From NCBI GenBank assembly GCA_963828195.1, contig CAWHDT010000005.1, forward strand, positions 128,001 to 192,000: a stretch of DNA of 64,000 nt, in the 5' to 3' direction. Both the position numbers and the translations under genes were made by a program. Under the pieces are notes generated by a model. That model ran no database searches, was not told where the DNA came from, and saw only the letters and a list, made by a program, of their open reading frames with translations. The stretch's first letter is position 1; each line of letters opens with the position of its first letter. Origin of the DNA: Candidatus Bathyarchaeota archaeon. GTDB lineage: Archaea > Thermoproteota > Bathyarchaeia > Bathyarchaeales > Bathycorpusculaceae. Positions 18,199-28,917 of the stretch are shown here, in pieces.

Positions 18199-18237
18199 CT
18201 TAAAAAAAAAGAAAAGGGATTGTTTGGTTGAGTTGTT
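18199..18237 (-). terminator. Oligo-T terminator after surface protein gene (near-identical motif at 21393-21428)
   Basis: Minus strand reads AACTCAACCAAACAATCCCTTTTCTTTTTTTTT; the paralogue has AACTACAACCAAAATTTTCCCTTTCTTTTTTTTG. Confidence 0.6.
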
Positions 18238-20949
18238 TTATGGCTTTTTTCTGAGTATTAGCAATCCGACTACTGCTACTGCTATGATTATGGCGATTGC
18301 TGCAACGACTATGTATGTCATTAAGTCAGCTGTTGTTGCCAAGTTCGATGCGGGTGCTGCTGTGGGCGCTGGTGTTGCCGCAGGTGCATTAGCGTAGAAG
18401 TGTGCTTCGGCTGTAGATCCATAGTATGATCCTGTTCCAGCAAACGTAGCGGTTACAGTGTAGTTACCTGTGATTGTTGGTGTCCAGTTCAAGCTGTATG
18501 TGCCGCTTGCATCAGAGGTTGTGGTGCCGATGACATAGCAGTTTCCGTTAGCGTCAGTGACGGCGATTGTAACTGGAACTCCAGTTATGTTTGTCGGCAT
18601 TGGTTGCTGCTCATATACTGCTTCCATGAATTGGCTCATGCTTGCGTCAGATACGCATGGTAGTCCGTTGGGGAAGTTTGCTGCGACTGCTGCCTGTTGC
18701 GAACCTGCTGAGTTGTCCATTACTGTGCCTGTTATGGTTACCGGTGTGGCAGTTGTGACGCCGACGCTGGGTGCTGATACGGTCATTTTGCTTGGTCCTT
18801 GGGCGTAAGCGTAGATTTGGTTGTCATAAGCGTTTAGTGATGTCATAACGCCGTATGCTGTGACTGGAAGGCCGTCAACGTCGAAGGCATCTATGCTCCA
18901 TACTAGGTTACCGTTAGTGGCGTTTATTGCAAGTTGCTGTGCTCCGAGGAATAATGGTGGACTGTACTCGTGTCCTTCTTCAAGGAAGATGAGTCCGTCA
19001 GCCATGCCTATTCCGGTTTGTTCCCAAATTGGCCAGGTGCCGTATGGGCTGTTGTTTCCTGCGGGGCCTTGGATTGCGGTTGTGCTTGTTTGCCAGTTGA
19101 TGTCTCCGTTAAGCATGTTAATGGACCATACGTCTCCACCGAACGCGAAGAGGTACAATGTTGTGCCTGCAATTACTCCTGAATCGCCGCCGATTGAGTC
19201 GTAAGGATTGAATGGTGCAAGATTATCTGACCAAAGCAGAGCGCCTGTAGCCATACTGTACCCGTTAACTACCTGTGTTTCTTTAGTAATTGTAGTCCAA
19301 ACGCCGTTGCCAGCAAGCCAAGCACAGTTGAGACTAGTGGCGGTGAGTGGCGTAAGTGTCAGGTTTTCTATCCATTGTTGTTGTCCTGTAGTTGTGCTGT
19401 AAGCTGCAAAAACTCCCCATCCGCCTTGGAAGAAGGATCCGCCGGAGGGAGCTTCTGTGTCCATAACGATTGTGCCGCTGTTGATAGCCCAGATTGCGAG
19501 GTTTGATGGGAATGAGTTGCCTGTGTAGTTAGTTGCGATTGGTGCTACCCATTGTATTCCGTTTTGGAATGAGATGACGCCGTCCTGTGGAGGTCTCCAG
19601 TACCAGCCTGAAGCTTGTGCACTCCAAGCGCCGTTCTGGACACAAAGTGTTGAGTTCCACATAGTTAGCATTGGACCTGTGTTAGTGACTTTGGTGCCGA
19701 CAATGTTGCCTCCGAGGTTACTGTAGAGCGTTTGGCTGCCAGTGGTAGCGTTAACGTAGTAGCCGATCAAGTTTCCACCTTGATCTTCAACAAATGATGG
19801 CGAAGTGCCGTTGACAATGCTTAAGATATAGGTTCCAGTTTCAGCATCAAACAGGTTTAATGTCGTTGATCCAGCTGACACATTGATTCCAACTGGGGTC
19901 CCCGTAGTCCATAAGTACGCTAGACCACCGTATTGGTTGGGCGATACGAAATCAAGTATTTGACCGCATTTTAATGTCGTGCATACGCCTGTTGATATTA
20001 GGGCAGTTTGCACTGAAGAGCCGCCGCCGAAGTTGTCGCCGTTGTCATTCCAAACAGTTTGTCCAGTGTACAAGTCAACGCAGATTAAGCCTGTGGGAGT
20101 AGTTGAGCTGCCTGGAAATACGTTGTAGTAGAGAAAGCCGTTTATGATCACTGGGTTATATTTGCGTTCATATTGCGAGGTTGAGTAGTAGTTGCCGTAG
20201 GTTGTTGTTCCGCCGAATTCTCCTCCGAGAACTCCTCCGAACGCCTCAGGCTTAGTCCATATGATGTGGCTGGTAAGGGGTGCTAAACTGTACGGATTAT
20301 AGTTTGAGCTGTAATTGTATTTGCCTGTGCCGCCGAGGTCAAGGGAAGCGCCTGAAACTGAATACCAATTGTTAACGTTCAATGCGCTTACCGGAGTTTC
20401 CCAGTAGCTTGTTGGAAGAGGAGCTATCGGGAAAGCGGGGATTGCATTCTGCTGGACCGTTAGAGCGAATACGTTGCTGGTTGCGGGTAAATAAGTGTCG
20501 TTGATAAACGCCGCTGTTGTGGAAGAGTAGCCGGTTGGCGGTGGATTGGCGCCTGCTAATACTTGTCCTGGAAAAGTCATTTGGAAGGTGTAGTTGCCAA
20601 GTTCAGTTGGCGTATACTGGAAGTGTGTTCCTCCTGTATCGTCAGATGTATATGGTCCCATTGATACAGTTGTTCCGTCAGGCAGCGTAATTTTTACCAT
20701 CATGCCCATCCATCTGTCTCCATACGGACCTGTTGCTGTTGGCGGGGGTTCTGCGAGCCAGAAGCCGACGTTAACTGATTGGCCTAAACCACAAGGGCTA
20801 GGTGCAACATTAATGAAAGCAATGGTTGGATTATTCTGTGGTGGCGTGTGCGCGCTGGCACTAGGTACTAAAATCATTGATGCGCTCATAGAAATTGTCA
20901 GAAACAAAGCAATCAAAATAGCCATAGTTTTACTTTTTAGATTTTGCAT
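18238..20949 (-). CDS. Large surface protein with Ig-like and PQQ-like beta-propeller domains and a C-terminal TM anchor
   Basis: Signal peptide ..SASAHTP; DLYTGQTVW, TGALLW and NATNGNLVW blades; C-terminal TM helix followed by RKKP. Confidence 0.88.
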   Translation of the reverse strand: MQNLKSKTMAILIALFLTISMSASMILVPSASAHTPPQNNPTIAFINVAPSPCGLGQSVNVGFWLAEPPPTATGPYGDRWMGMMVKITLPDGTTVSMGPYTSDDTGGTHFQYTPTELGNYTFQMTFPGQVLAGANPPPTGYSSTTAAFINDTYLPATSNVFALTVQQNAIPAFPIAPLPTSYWETPVSALNVNNWYSVSGASLDLGGTGKYNYSSNYNPYSLAPLTSHIIWTKPEAFGGVLGGEFGGTTTYGNYYSTSQYERKYNPVIINGFLYYNVFPGSSTTPTGLICVDLYTGQTVWNDNGDNFGGGSSVQTALISTGVCTTLKCGQILDFVSPNQYGGLAYLWTTGTPVGINVSAGSTTLNLFDAETGTYILSIVNGTSPSFVEDQGGNLIGYYVNATTGSQTLYSNLGGNIVGTKVTNTGPMLTMWNSTLCVQNGAWSAQASGWYWRPPQDGVISFQNGIQWVAPIATNYTGNSFPSNLAIWAINSGTIVMDTEAPSGGSFFQGGWGVFAAYSTTTGQQQWIENLTLTPLTATSLNCAWLAGNGVWTTITKETQVVNGYSMATGALLWSDNLAPFNPYDSIGGDSGVIAGTTLYLFAFGGDVWSINMLNGDINWQTSTTAIQGPAGNNSPYGTWPIWEQTGIGMADGLIFLEEGHEYSPPLFLGAQQLAINATNGNLVWSIDAFDVDGLPVTAYGVMTSLNAYDNQIYAYAQGPSKMTVSAPSVGVTTATPVTITGTVMDNSAGSQQAAVAANFPNGLPCVSDASMSQFMEAVYEQQPMPTNITGVPVTIAVTDANGNCYVIGTTTSDASGTYSLNWTPTITGNYTVTATFAGTGSYYGSTAEAHFYANAPAATPAPTAAPASNLATTADLMTYIVVAAIAIIIAVAVVGLLILRKKP

Positions 20950-21040
20950 TTTTCTTTTCTCCTAAATTTATTTGACTAAGAAGCCTAAATGCTTCCGAGT
21001 CAATAGCCTAAGCATTGACAGGCATTTCTTTATAACACTT
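20950..21040 (-). promoter_or_regulatory. TATA box, 5'-leader hairpin and SD of surface protein gene
   Basis: TTATAA 21030-21035; hairpin 20972-21003; TTTAGGAGA before ATG. Confidence 0.6.
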
Positions 21041-21428
21041 TTGGAAATTCAAGAAAACGCAAGAACCATGAAGTTGAATTATTTAACTCTTCCAAAGATT
21101 ATCCCAAGCCAATGTTAATGTTGTTCTCAGTATTCCCACGCTTGAAGCTCAAAAACTAAGACTGAGAAATCAGCCTATTTTTTATAAAAAAGTGGCATGG
21201 ATGCTTTAAATCAAAGTCAGTTGCAGAACGCCACGTCTTTACCGAACAGAGAATTAGATCTTTGGGTTTCGCTTAGCCTTTAAGGCACTCTTTAGAATAA
21301 AAGAACCAAAAATGCTTGTTTTTTGCGAATATTTCTTGAAAATCTAAAAGAGCATTCATAGCTCATAGTTTATTTTGCCTTGAGTTCTAAACAAAAAAAA
21401 GAAAGGGAAAATTTTGGTTGTAGTTTTT

Positions 21429-24404
21429 CTATGGCCGTTTTCTTAGAAGTAGCAGTGCAAGTACTGCGCCGATTATGATTATCACGATTATGACTGCTGC
21501 TATCCCTAATTCTACAGTACTTGTCGATGCTAGCCCTGATACTGGTGTAGTGGTAGGTGCTGTTGTTGCCGCTGGGCTTCCGATTACCATGCCGGTTTGT
21601 GCGTTTGATCCCCAGTAGCTGTTGGTGCTGGCGAATGTTGCTGTTATGAGGTAGCTGCCTGCAATGCTTGGAGGCGTCCAAGTGTAGGTGTACAAGCCGT
21701 TTGAATCGGTTGTTGCTGTGCCGATGTTGACGATGTTGCCGTTCGGGTCAATTGCAGTCAATGCTACCGTGACGCCTGTGAAGTTGGTTGGCTCTGGCTT
21801 CTGCATGTAGACATATTCCATCCATTGACTTTGGCTTGCGTCAGATGCGCACGGGACACCGCTGGGGAAGTCGGCTGCCTGCTCAGTTTGCTTTGTACCA
21901 GGAGAGATATCCATAACTGTGCCCTGTATCACTACTGGCTGTCCTGCTGTGACAACGGTCTGTGGCGCTGTTACTGTGGTGGCGCTGGGTCCTTGGGAGA
22001 AATCATACATTTGGTTGTCATACATGTTGTATGCCACATAGGCGCCATTTGCAACAATAGCTTCTGGATATCCTGGTCCTCCATCGTTATTACATTGGAA
22101 GTATATGCCCCAAATTTCTTGTCCATTTGTAGCATTAAGGCAGTACTGCATTTCGCCTAAGTAGTAAGGTGATTGAGCGCCGTTTCCATGCTGAGTTGTG
22201 TAGACGTATACCATTCCATCTGCAACATCGGTTACCATTGTGGGTAGAAGACCCCAAGGTGAATTAAGTCCGTCGTTGGTGCTGTTGCCTTCTCCGCCAT
22301 TGCCGAATTGCCATAGTAGAGCTCCGTTGCACGCGGCATAGCAATAAACTTCTCCGCCATAGCCCTGAATATACACGTTGCCGTAAGCATCTATACCGAC
22401 TTGTCCACTGCCTAGTCCACTACCGTAGAATTGGTATTGGTCAGTGAAAGCCGTGGTTGTTGGACCCCACTCCAGCGCGCCAGTGAGTAAATTGTAGCCA
22501 TACAACTGGAAAGTTTCTGAGCATTGTACTATGATCATGTTGGTTATTGGGTCTAAGCATAAGATTCTTAATGTGTATGCGCCTATGTCAGAGTTTCCCA
22601 TCGGGTAGAGTGCTGTGTAATTTTGGATGAACAGTGTCGATCCTACTACGCCTGTGGTTGCGTTCAGATTCAGTGCCCACATAGTCCACGGGTTTGGAGT
22701 ATACTGAGCGCCAGGGGATATTGATGCAAGTCCGTTGCTTTGTCCCATGATAACATCGCCGACAATGACTGCATTGATTGTTGGTCCAGTTAGAGAAACT
22801 CCATCAGGGTTTGTCGCATTGAGAGCCCATCCGTCCAAGTCAGCAGTAATCGGTACGACCCAAGTAAATGGATTGTAGTAAACAACTGTAGGCCCTACTG
22901 GGGCGGCGGCGTTATTGGTCAGTGTACCTGTATATGTAGCGGGATTAGAAGCTGTATAAGCTTGGCTTGCGTCGATTGATCTGCCTTCAGGTCTATATGG
23001 ACCTGATGGAGCGTTAAGATTTTGGATGCATGCTGTAGAGTTCCATAGAGATAACGTGCCAGTTTCAGAGGTAATATTATAGTCGAGGATGTACAGTAGC
23101 ATATCGCCCTGCGAATCCATAGCTTGTTTTGTAGTCTGTTCCCATTGCAAGCAGCCGCTTGGACTACCTGTATTGGGGTCTTTACCGTAAATGCTAATCG
23201 CTTGGGGAATATTTGTTAGATTAAAGTCCCAGTTTCCAGTGTCCGCGTCATAAGCTATCCATGTCACGTTGGCCTCTGCTATAGTACTGCCTGTTGCACC
23301 GTTAACGATGGCAGGTGCTAATTGATAGCTCTGCCATAAGTAGCCGCTGGGGATAACGCCGGATTGGTTAGGGTCAACTTCATTGTATAATTGACCCCAC
23401 GTTGGGTTGAAATCGGGGCTAGTATTCTCCCACACGATTTTTCCAGTCGCCAAGTTTATACAGACGAAACCTCCGCCGTAAACAGCACCGTTAACTATAA
23501 TCGGAGTGCCATCACCGCCATAAGGCAATTTGTAATAGAGATATCCATTCATAATTATGTCATTATAGACTCTAGGCTGGTATGAACTTCCGGAATAGTA
23601 GGTTGCGCCATTAACACCAACTGATCCAGCATAAGGTTCGCTGGTTCCTCCAACAACGCCACCGAACTCAACAGGATTTGTCCACATAATGTGAGCCGAC
23701 GTAGGTGCAGTGCCACTAGGTTGGAAAGCGTTCCAACCGGTTTGTTGGTAAGAGCCTAATTGATAAGAAGAGTAGCCAAGCCAATTTGATGCAATAGTGT
23801 ACCAGTTCCAATTCTGAGCGTCTATCGGATTAGTCCAATAGGCAGTCGGAAGCGGAAAACCAAGTGTCGATAATGGTGTTTGCTGTACGGTAAAGTTCGT
23901 GGTTGCGGTTTCACCAGTAAACACGTCGCCTGCATAAGCATTGATTGAAGCTATGGTTGCTCCTGAAAGTGGAACAGTTGAAGATACTGCTGATAGAGTT
24001 GGGTATGTCATTCCTCCAAAAGTGAACGTTACCTGGTATTGGCCTACCTCTGTGGGCGTGTACGAAATGGCTTGCTCGCCTCCTGGGTTGGCAACAGTGT
24101 CTGAAGGAGTCCATAAGGTTGCACTTGTTCCATCAGGCAAATTGACAGTGACCGTGTAGTTTTCTTTTCTGATGTTATTAGTCAAAGCTGAGTTGGGCAG
24201 GGGTTGAGCAGTCCAAAAAGAAATGCTCACTGTTTGACCCATGCCAACTGGGCTGGGTTCAGCAGCGACATATGCGTCGTCCTTAATTGTCCATGCAGGA
24301 GTGTGTGCGCTAGCATTAGGTATTATTGACATTGAAGCTCCTATAGAGATTGTTAGAATCAAAGCGATCAAAATAGCTAAAGTTTTTCCTTTCGAATTTT
24401 GCAT
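21429..24404 (-). CDS. Large surface protein, paralogue of 18238-20949
   Basis: Same signal peptide (MQNSKGKTLAILIAL..NASAHTP); shared HIMWT.P..FGGV.GG and G.PC.SDAS.SQ.ME.VY.Q.P.PTN.TGV blocks; TM followed by RKRP. Confidence 0.88.
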   Translation of the reverse strand: MQNSKGKTLAILIALILTISIGASMSIIPNASAHTPAWTIKDDAYVAAEPSPVGMGQTVSISFWTAQPLPNSALTNNIRKENYTVTVNLPDGTSATLWTPSDTVANPGGEQAISYTPTEVGQYQVTFTFGGMTYPTLSAVSSTVPLSGATIASINAYAGDVFTGETATTNFTVQQTPLSTLGFPLPTAYWTNPIDAQNWNWYTIASNWLGYSSYQLGSYQQTGWNAFQPSGTAPTSAHIMWTNPVEFGGVVGGTSEPYAGSVGVNGATYYSGSSYQPRVYNDIIMNGYLYYKLPYGGDGTPIIVNGAVYGGGFVCINLATGKIVWENTSPDFNPTWGQLYNEVDPNQSGVIPSGYLWQSYQLAPAIVNGATGSTIAEANVTWIAYDADTGNWDFNLTNIPQAISIYGKDPNTGSPSGCLQWEQTTKQAMDSQGDMLLYILDYNITSETGTLSLWNSTACIQNLNAPSGPYRPEGRSIDASQAYTASNPATYTGTLTNNAAAPVGPTVVYYNPFTWVVPITADLDGWALNATNPDGVSLTGPTINAVIVGDVIMGQSNGLASISPGAQYTPNPWTMWALNLNATTGVVGSTLFIQNYTALYPMGNSDIGAYTLRILCLDPITNMIIVQCSETFQLYGYNLLTGALEWGPTTTAFTDQYQFYGSGLGSGQVGIDAYGNVYIQGYGGEVYCYAACNGALLWQFGNGGEGNSTNDGLNSPWGLLPTMVTDVADGMVYVYTTQHGNGAQSPYYLGEMQYCLNATNGQEIWGIYFQCNNDGGPGYPEAIVANGAYVAYNMYDNQMYDFSQGPSATTVTAPQTVVTAGQPVVIQGTVMDISPGTKQTEQAADFPSGVPCASDASQSQWMEYVYMQKPEPTNFTGVTVALTAIDPNGNIVNIGTATTDSNGLYTYTWTPPSIAGSYLITATFASTNSYWGSNAQTGMVIGSPAATTAPTTTPVSGLASTSTVELGIAAVIIVIIIIGAVLALLLLRKRP

Positions 24405-24500
24405 TTTTATTTTCTCCTAAAATTTTATTTTTTGAGCAAGGTGCAAATATGCTCCTGCTCAGTGTATTATGTTCTCTTTGGCGCTTATAACTTTTTTTAA
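24405..24500 (-). promoter_or_regulatory. BRE/TATA, 5'-leader hairpin and SD of surface protein gene
   Basis: AAAAAG-TTATAA (24485-24496); hairpin 24433-24461; TTTAGGAGA before ATG. Confidence 0.6.
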
Positions 24501-24624
24501 AAAATAACATATTTGGGCAATTGCTCTATCGGAGGTAAAACAGTTTTAGGGTTAATTTTGAAAAACTGTTTTATAGTGCAATGTTGCTTTATTGGGATTT
24601 ATGCTTGGGTGAAGGGCAAAGTTC

Positions 24625-25611
24625 ATGAGAAAAAGTATAGTTTACTTCTTGGTTACTGTGACCGTGTTGTCTTTGGGACTAGCTTTGGTTCCGCGTGGAT
24701 TTAGTCAAACGCAAGACCTCAAGGTTGTAAGTTACAGCTACTATATTGACGGTTTTGGCAATCTAGATGTTGTCGGCGAGGTGCAGAATACAGGTCCAAA
24801 CACCCTAACCCAACTAGCTTTATCAGGCTCGGTTTATTCACCTGGCAACGTGGATCAAGCTGATTCATACACGCAGGTTTGGGCTTCATACTTGAATCCC
24901 CAGCAGGAAGCGCCCTTTTACATGGAGTTCTCTCAACCCAACAGCTCTCCTGATGGAACATGGTATTCAGTGGATATCTCCAGTATTGCGCTAACAGTTA
25001 CTTCGGCGAACGCTACAAGCAGCTATGAATATCCAGACCTGAAAATCACAAGCAGCACACCATCAATTGGCAGCAGTGGCGATTATAACGGTGCCTACGA
25101 AGTCAACGGCGTTATTCAAAACACTGGCAGTCAAACGGCTCAAAACCTCACGGTTGTCGGGGAATTTTTCAACTCCACAGGTTCCGTGATTGCAGTAGGA
25201 TACACAAATTATCTAACTCCAGCGTCTCTTTCACCTTCCGGAACACTTTCATTCCAAATTTATGCACTTGACTTAAACCAGTCGCAGGTTTCTACAAGCC
25301 AAAAAATCACGAGTTATACCCTATTGGTTCAGACTGGGTTGCCTATCATACAAGGCACTGCACCAATAATTACTCCAAGCCCTGCCAGTTCTCAGTCTCC
25401 AAGCCCAACAAGCTCTGCAAGTTCCACAGGTTCTCCGTCAACCACACCGACTGATGCTGTCAATTCGAAGGGTTCCTCTAATTCAGCGGAAATTTACGCT
25501 ATCGTGATTGTGGTAGCCATTATCGCGGTAGTCGGAGCCATACTGATGTTGACTAGACGTAAACCTCATGCGACCGTAAAAGCACAGATAAAATCGAGGA
25601 AACAGAAGTAG
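24625..25611 (+). CDS. FxLYD-like Ig-domain surface protein with C-terminal TM
   Basis: Two VVGEVQNTG / VNGVIQNTG repeats, GEFFNSTG, Ser/Thr linker, TM helix. Confidence 0.8.
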   Translation: MRKSIVYFLVTVTVLSLGLALVPRGFSQTQDLKVVSYSYYIDGFGNLDVVGEVQNTGPNTLTQLALSGSVYSPGNVDQADSYTQVWASYLNPQQEAPFYMEFSQPNSSPDGTWYSVDISSIALTVTSANATSSYEYPDLKITSSTPSIGSSGDYNGAYEVNGVIQNTGSQTAQNLTVVGEFFNSTGSVIAVGYTNYLTPASLSPSGTLSFQIYALDLNQSQVSTSQKITSYTLLVQTGLPIIQGTAPIITPSPASSQSPSPTSSASSTGSPSTTPTDAVNSKGSSNSAEIYAIVIVVAIIAVVGAILMLTRRKPHATVKAQIKSRKQK

Positions 25612-25728
25612 CTTCAATTTTTACACTTGAAACTCCTTTTTACTGCTTGTAGTTAATCAATTCTTGAAGGGGTATTCTTAAAAACTAAATAAGCCATGCA
25701 GCATTAGCTTTTCAAGTGGCTGAACGAG

Positions 25729-26433
25729 ATGGCTGTTAAGCCGACAAGGCGTGAGAATTACCGGGAAATAACGTACAGTAGTAAACGCTGGGTTTTATTG
25801 ACTGAACTCAGAAGTAAAGCGGAAGAAATTATGGCTGCCTTAGATGCTTTTCATTTGCAGTCGGTTGTTCATGGAAGCATAGCCAGAGGTGACGTGCACG
25901 TGGATAGCGACATCGACGTTTTCATTGCGGAGGTGCAGAATAGTTTCCTCGTTGAAACTGCCTTGGAAAAAGCAGGTATCTCTGTTAATGCGCGTTTAAT
26001 CGTTCAAGCCACCCCAACTTACGCGATGAAAGCGCACGTTGAAGTTGACGAAAAAATCAGTGTTTCATTTCCGCTGATGCAGATGCGTAGAGTCGAGAGG
26101 GAATTTTACAGGTTCGGCGGAGAAACCAATCTTAGTCAGCTTAAAATGGGCGTTCGGGTCCCCGGCGTGGACAAACGGCTGATGCTTATTGAGCCCAATG
26201 AGAAAGGTCATGTTGAGAGCAGCATCATCGGCAGGGAAGAGTCTGTGGCTAAAATTTTGGGTGTATCTGCTGAAACCGTGTTGGACAGGGTTCATGCCCT
26301 TTTGAAACGTGATACGGTGGGGAGAACGGGAGTTTTTGTTAAGAAAGAGTTGGTGCCAGATGAAACTTTTGAGTTGGCGCTCAAAAAACTCTCAGATGTA
26401 AATCCTGCAGTGCGTAGAAGAATGAAAAAATAG
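25729..26433 (+). CDS. Pol-beta-type nucleotidyltransferase (archaeal conserved family)
   Basis: HGSIARGDV..SDIDV; PGVDKRL; RD.VGRTGVF. Confidence 0.88.
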   Translation: MAVKPTRRENYREITYSSKRWVLLTELRSKAEEIMAALDAFHLQSVVHGSIARGDVHVDSDIDVFIAEVQNSFLVETALEKAGISVNARLIVQATPTYAMKAHVEVDEKISVSFPLMQMRRVEREFYRFGGETNLSQLKMGVRVPGVDKRLMLIEPNEKGHVESSIIGREESVAKILGVSAETVLDRVHALLKRDTVGRTGVFVKKELVPDETFELALKKLSDVNPAVRRRMKK

Positions 26434-26441
26434 ATTTGAGA

Positions 26442-27008
26442 CTAAGGGATGGTGTAGTAGATAAGCTCTTTTTCTTCAAGCAGCTTTTGAATCTTGTCAA
26501 CAGCTTCGTAAACCTGCTCTTCTTTTTTAGCTCCGACGCAGACGAGTTTTCCAGCGGAAAAGATCAAAAACACCACTTTCGGTTCATCCATTCGGTAAAC
26601 TGCGCCTGGAAACTGTTCAGGCTCATACATGACTTTGCTGAGTTTGTAAACGAGGCTTTCCAAGTCGATTTCGCCGCCGAGCTCTGCTGACGCCACAATG
26701 TTCTGAATGTTGACGATTGGCTTTTCGGTGATTTGGATTCCTTCACTTCGCAGTTCCTTAACCACTTTCTCCACTGCACTGCGTGACTCTTTTTCTGATT
26801 TAGCACCCGTACAAACCATTTTGCCCGTGCCGAAAATCAAGGTGGCTGTTTTTGGTTTTTTAAGTCTGAAAACTAAGCCTGGGAACACGCTCGGGTTGTA
26901 TTCGGTTTGGGGGAATTTCTCCACGATTTTTTGTAAGTCAATTTTTTGGTTAAGCGAGACAGAAGCAACAATGTTTTGTATGTTAATGATTGGTTTTCTT
27001 TTACTCAT
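26442..27008 (-). CDS. tbp: TATA-box-binding protein
   Basis: Two NIVAS..YxPxxFPG..LIF..GK.VC.GAK repeats. Confidence 0.97.
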   Translation of the reverse strand: MSKRKPIINIQNIVASVSLNQKIDLQKIVEKFPQTEYNPSVFPGLVFRLKKPKTATLIFGTGKMVCTGAKSEKESRSAVEKVVKELRSEGIQITEKPIVNIQNIVASAELGGEIDLESLVYKLSKVMYEPEQFPGAVYRMDEPKVVFLIFSAGKLVCVGAKKEEQVYEAVDKIQKLLEEKELIYYTIP

Positions 27009-27381
27009 GTAAATTCACCGGGCTTGAGTATTCAAGCAACGAAGGGGTATATAAAGCATCTATTTATAAAGCCCCCTTAAAGGTCTTTTAAAGTTTTTTC
27101 ATCTGGGGGTTCTGTCAAGTCTCCGTTACACCTCCATTTCAACTTTCGTCGGTAAGCTTGCATTCTGAATTAATTGCGGTCGCATTAATTTTTTTTAATC
27201 CATGCAAAGTCTTTTCTCTATCCTTTTTAACTTGTTAATTAAGCCAAAAGACGTGGCGCTGCAATGGCGTTGTCCTATTTGAACGTCAGCCTAAAAATTC
27301 AGGTGCCTACAGCACAGTGGAGCCTAAAACACCTGTTGCTGTGCACATAAACGTGGAGGAGACATCCGATTTCTGCAGGGA

Positions 27382-28473
27382 TTATTCTGGGGGGGTGTCT
27401 CGGTAGATGGGGAACCTCAGCAAAGCAGCTACTCCGCCTAGAGACAGCAGTTTTGCGCCGGCTTCATGTTCAGTGCTGATTACAGTTACGTTTGCACGGT
27501 GCTTCTCTACTTCCCGCATGAGATCCTCAAGTTTTAGCCGCTGAGGCTCACCTGCGTCGCGGAGGGTGGTGTCTGCAAGGATCAGCCGCTCAACTGCTCC
27601 CATGTTAACCGCGTTTTCAACGGCTTCTAACCCGTAGGTTACCGTGCCTTCGCCTTTCCCAAGCCTCTTCATGACTTCCTCAATGGTTTCTGTTTCGTCT
27701 ACGACTCGAAGTTGATGAGCAGCTTTCAACAAAATACCCGCACGCAAAGCCTCATCGATACCTGCGGTGCCGCCGTTATTAACGCTCTTCACATCCATAA
27801 CTGACTTCGACATTTCCTTAGCCTCATCGTTGAGGAACCTAACGAAGTCATTCTTAACAAACCCCGCGCCGATTACAACAATCGGGTTGTGGCTTTGACA
27901 CCACAGTTTCTCCAAACTTTTCACTGCGAGACCAAAATACGCTTTTGTGGCTTCAACCCGCTTGTCCGCCTCTTGCTTTCCAGGCAGCCGCATGCGTTGC
28001 TCAACTCTTGTTTCTACGCCATACTGTTTAGTTTCAGCTATCGCGAAGCCTTCGTCATCGATGGAGATTATCAGCATGGGCTTCTCAGTTTCACTTGCCC
28101 TCGTAAGCCGGTCCACTATGTGTTTGGGCCATTCTTTCTTCACAATCGTCACTGGCTGATTCAAAGCGATACTGAGCGTATGATGTGCGCCTTTAGGAAT
28201 AATGTCTGGAGCATGGCAGATTAACCCGTGAACCCGCAGTTTACCTAGAAACTTGTCCCAGCTGACCGAAATCACCTTTACCCCCATAAAAGCTGAAACG
28301 CGCTCGCCGCTTTTCGGTCGGGAAGCTTCCGTGTCGCTTTTTATGGCTCTTGAACTGAAAGCGTAAACCTCGTCGCCTTGATAGATGACGTTGTATAGGT
28401 GCCAAAGGTCATCTGGCGAGTCTGGAACAACTTTAACGAAGTCTTGCTCCAGATTCTTCTGTATAATCTTCAC
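27382..28473 (-). CDS. pelA: Pelota/Dom34 ribosome rescue factor
   Basis: DDLWHLYNVI; LRVHG; HHT; STEHEAG..L..LGGVAALLRFPI. Confidence 0.95.
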   Translation of the reverse strand: MKIIQKNLEQDFVKVVPDSPDDLWHLYNVIYQGDEVYAFSSRAIKSDTEASRPKSGERVSAFMGVKVISVSWDKFLGKLRVHGLICHAPDIIPKGAHHTLSIALNQPVTIVKKEWPKHIVDRLTRASETEKPMLIISIDDEGFAIAETKQYGVETRVEQRMRLPGKQEADKRVEATKAYFGLAVKSLEKLWCQSHNPIVVIGAGFVKNDFVRFLNDEAKEMSKSVMDVKSVNNGGTAGIDEALRAGILLKAAHQLRVVDETETIEEVMKRLGKGEGTVTYGLEAVENAVNMGAVERLILADTTLRDAGEPQRLKLEDLMREVEKHRANVTVISTEHEAGAKLLSLGGVAALLRFPIYRDTPPE

Positions 28474-28623
28474 AATCTACACTTCGCTTAGCCTATTGTA
28501 CACAAAGAAATAAAAACATACTTTAACGGAACACAGAAAAGTGCAAAAAGCGGAAACGCGGCGTGGCAAAATTTAAATTCTTTTAATACATAGATAATTA
28601 TGAACTGGTTTAGGTGATTTTTT

Positions 28624-28917
28624 ATGAGTCAAATGCTTCAGGATTATATGTGTAAATACGTTCAAGAAAAAATAGAACCCCTCAAAGGATGCCTTTTAGC
28701 AGCTTTAAACAGCAAAGATCAATATCTCAGTCTTTTAGATGAAAGTTTAGGCACACCCACCCCGTCAATAGATCTAAAACTCTGTGAATTGTTAGCCAAC
28801 GCCGGGGTTTTCCGCGAAGAAGTCAAGCTCAACAGAGACGGACGCAACGAATACAAACTATTTTACCTCACTGATGTAGGCAAAGAAATGGCAATGCAAA
28901 TCAAAAAAGAAACATAA
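28624..28917 (+). CDS. Hypothetical protein, possible winged helix
   Basis: C-terminal YKLFYLTDVGKEMA wing-helix pattern. Confidence 0.6.
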   Translation: MSQMLQDYMCKYVQEKIEPLKGCLLAALNSKDQYLSLLDESLGTPTPSIDLKLCELLANAGVFREEVKLNRDGRNEYKLFYLTDVGKEMAMQIKKET

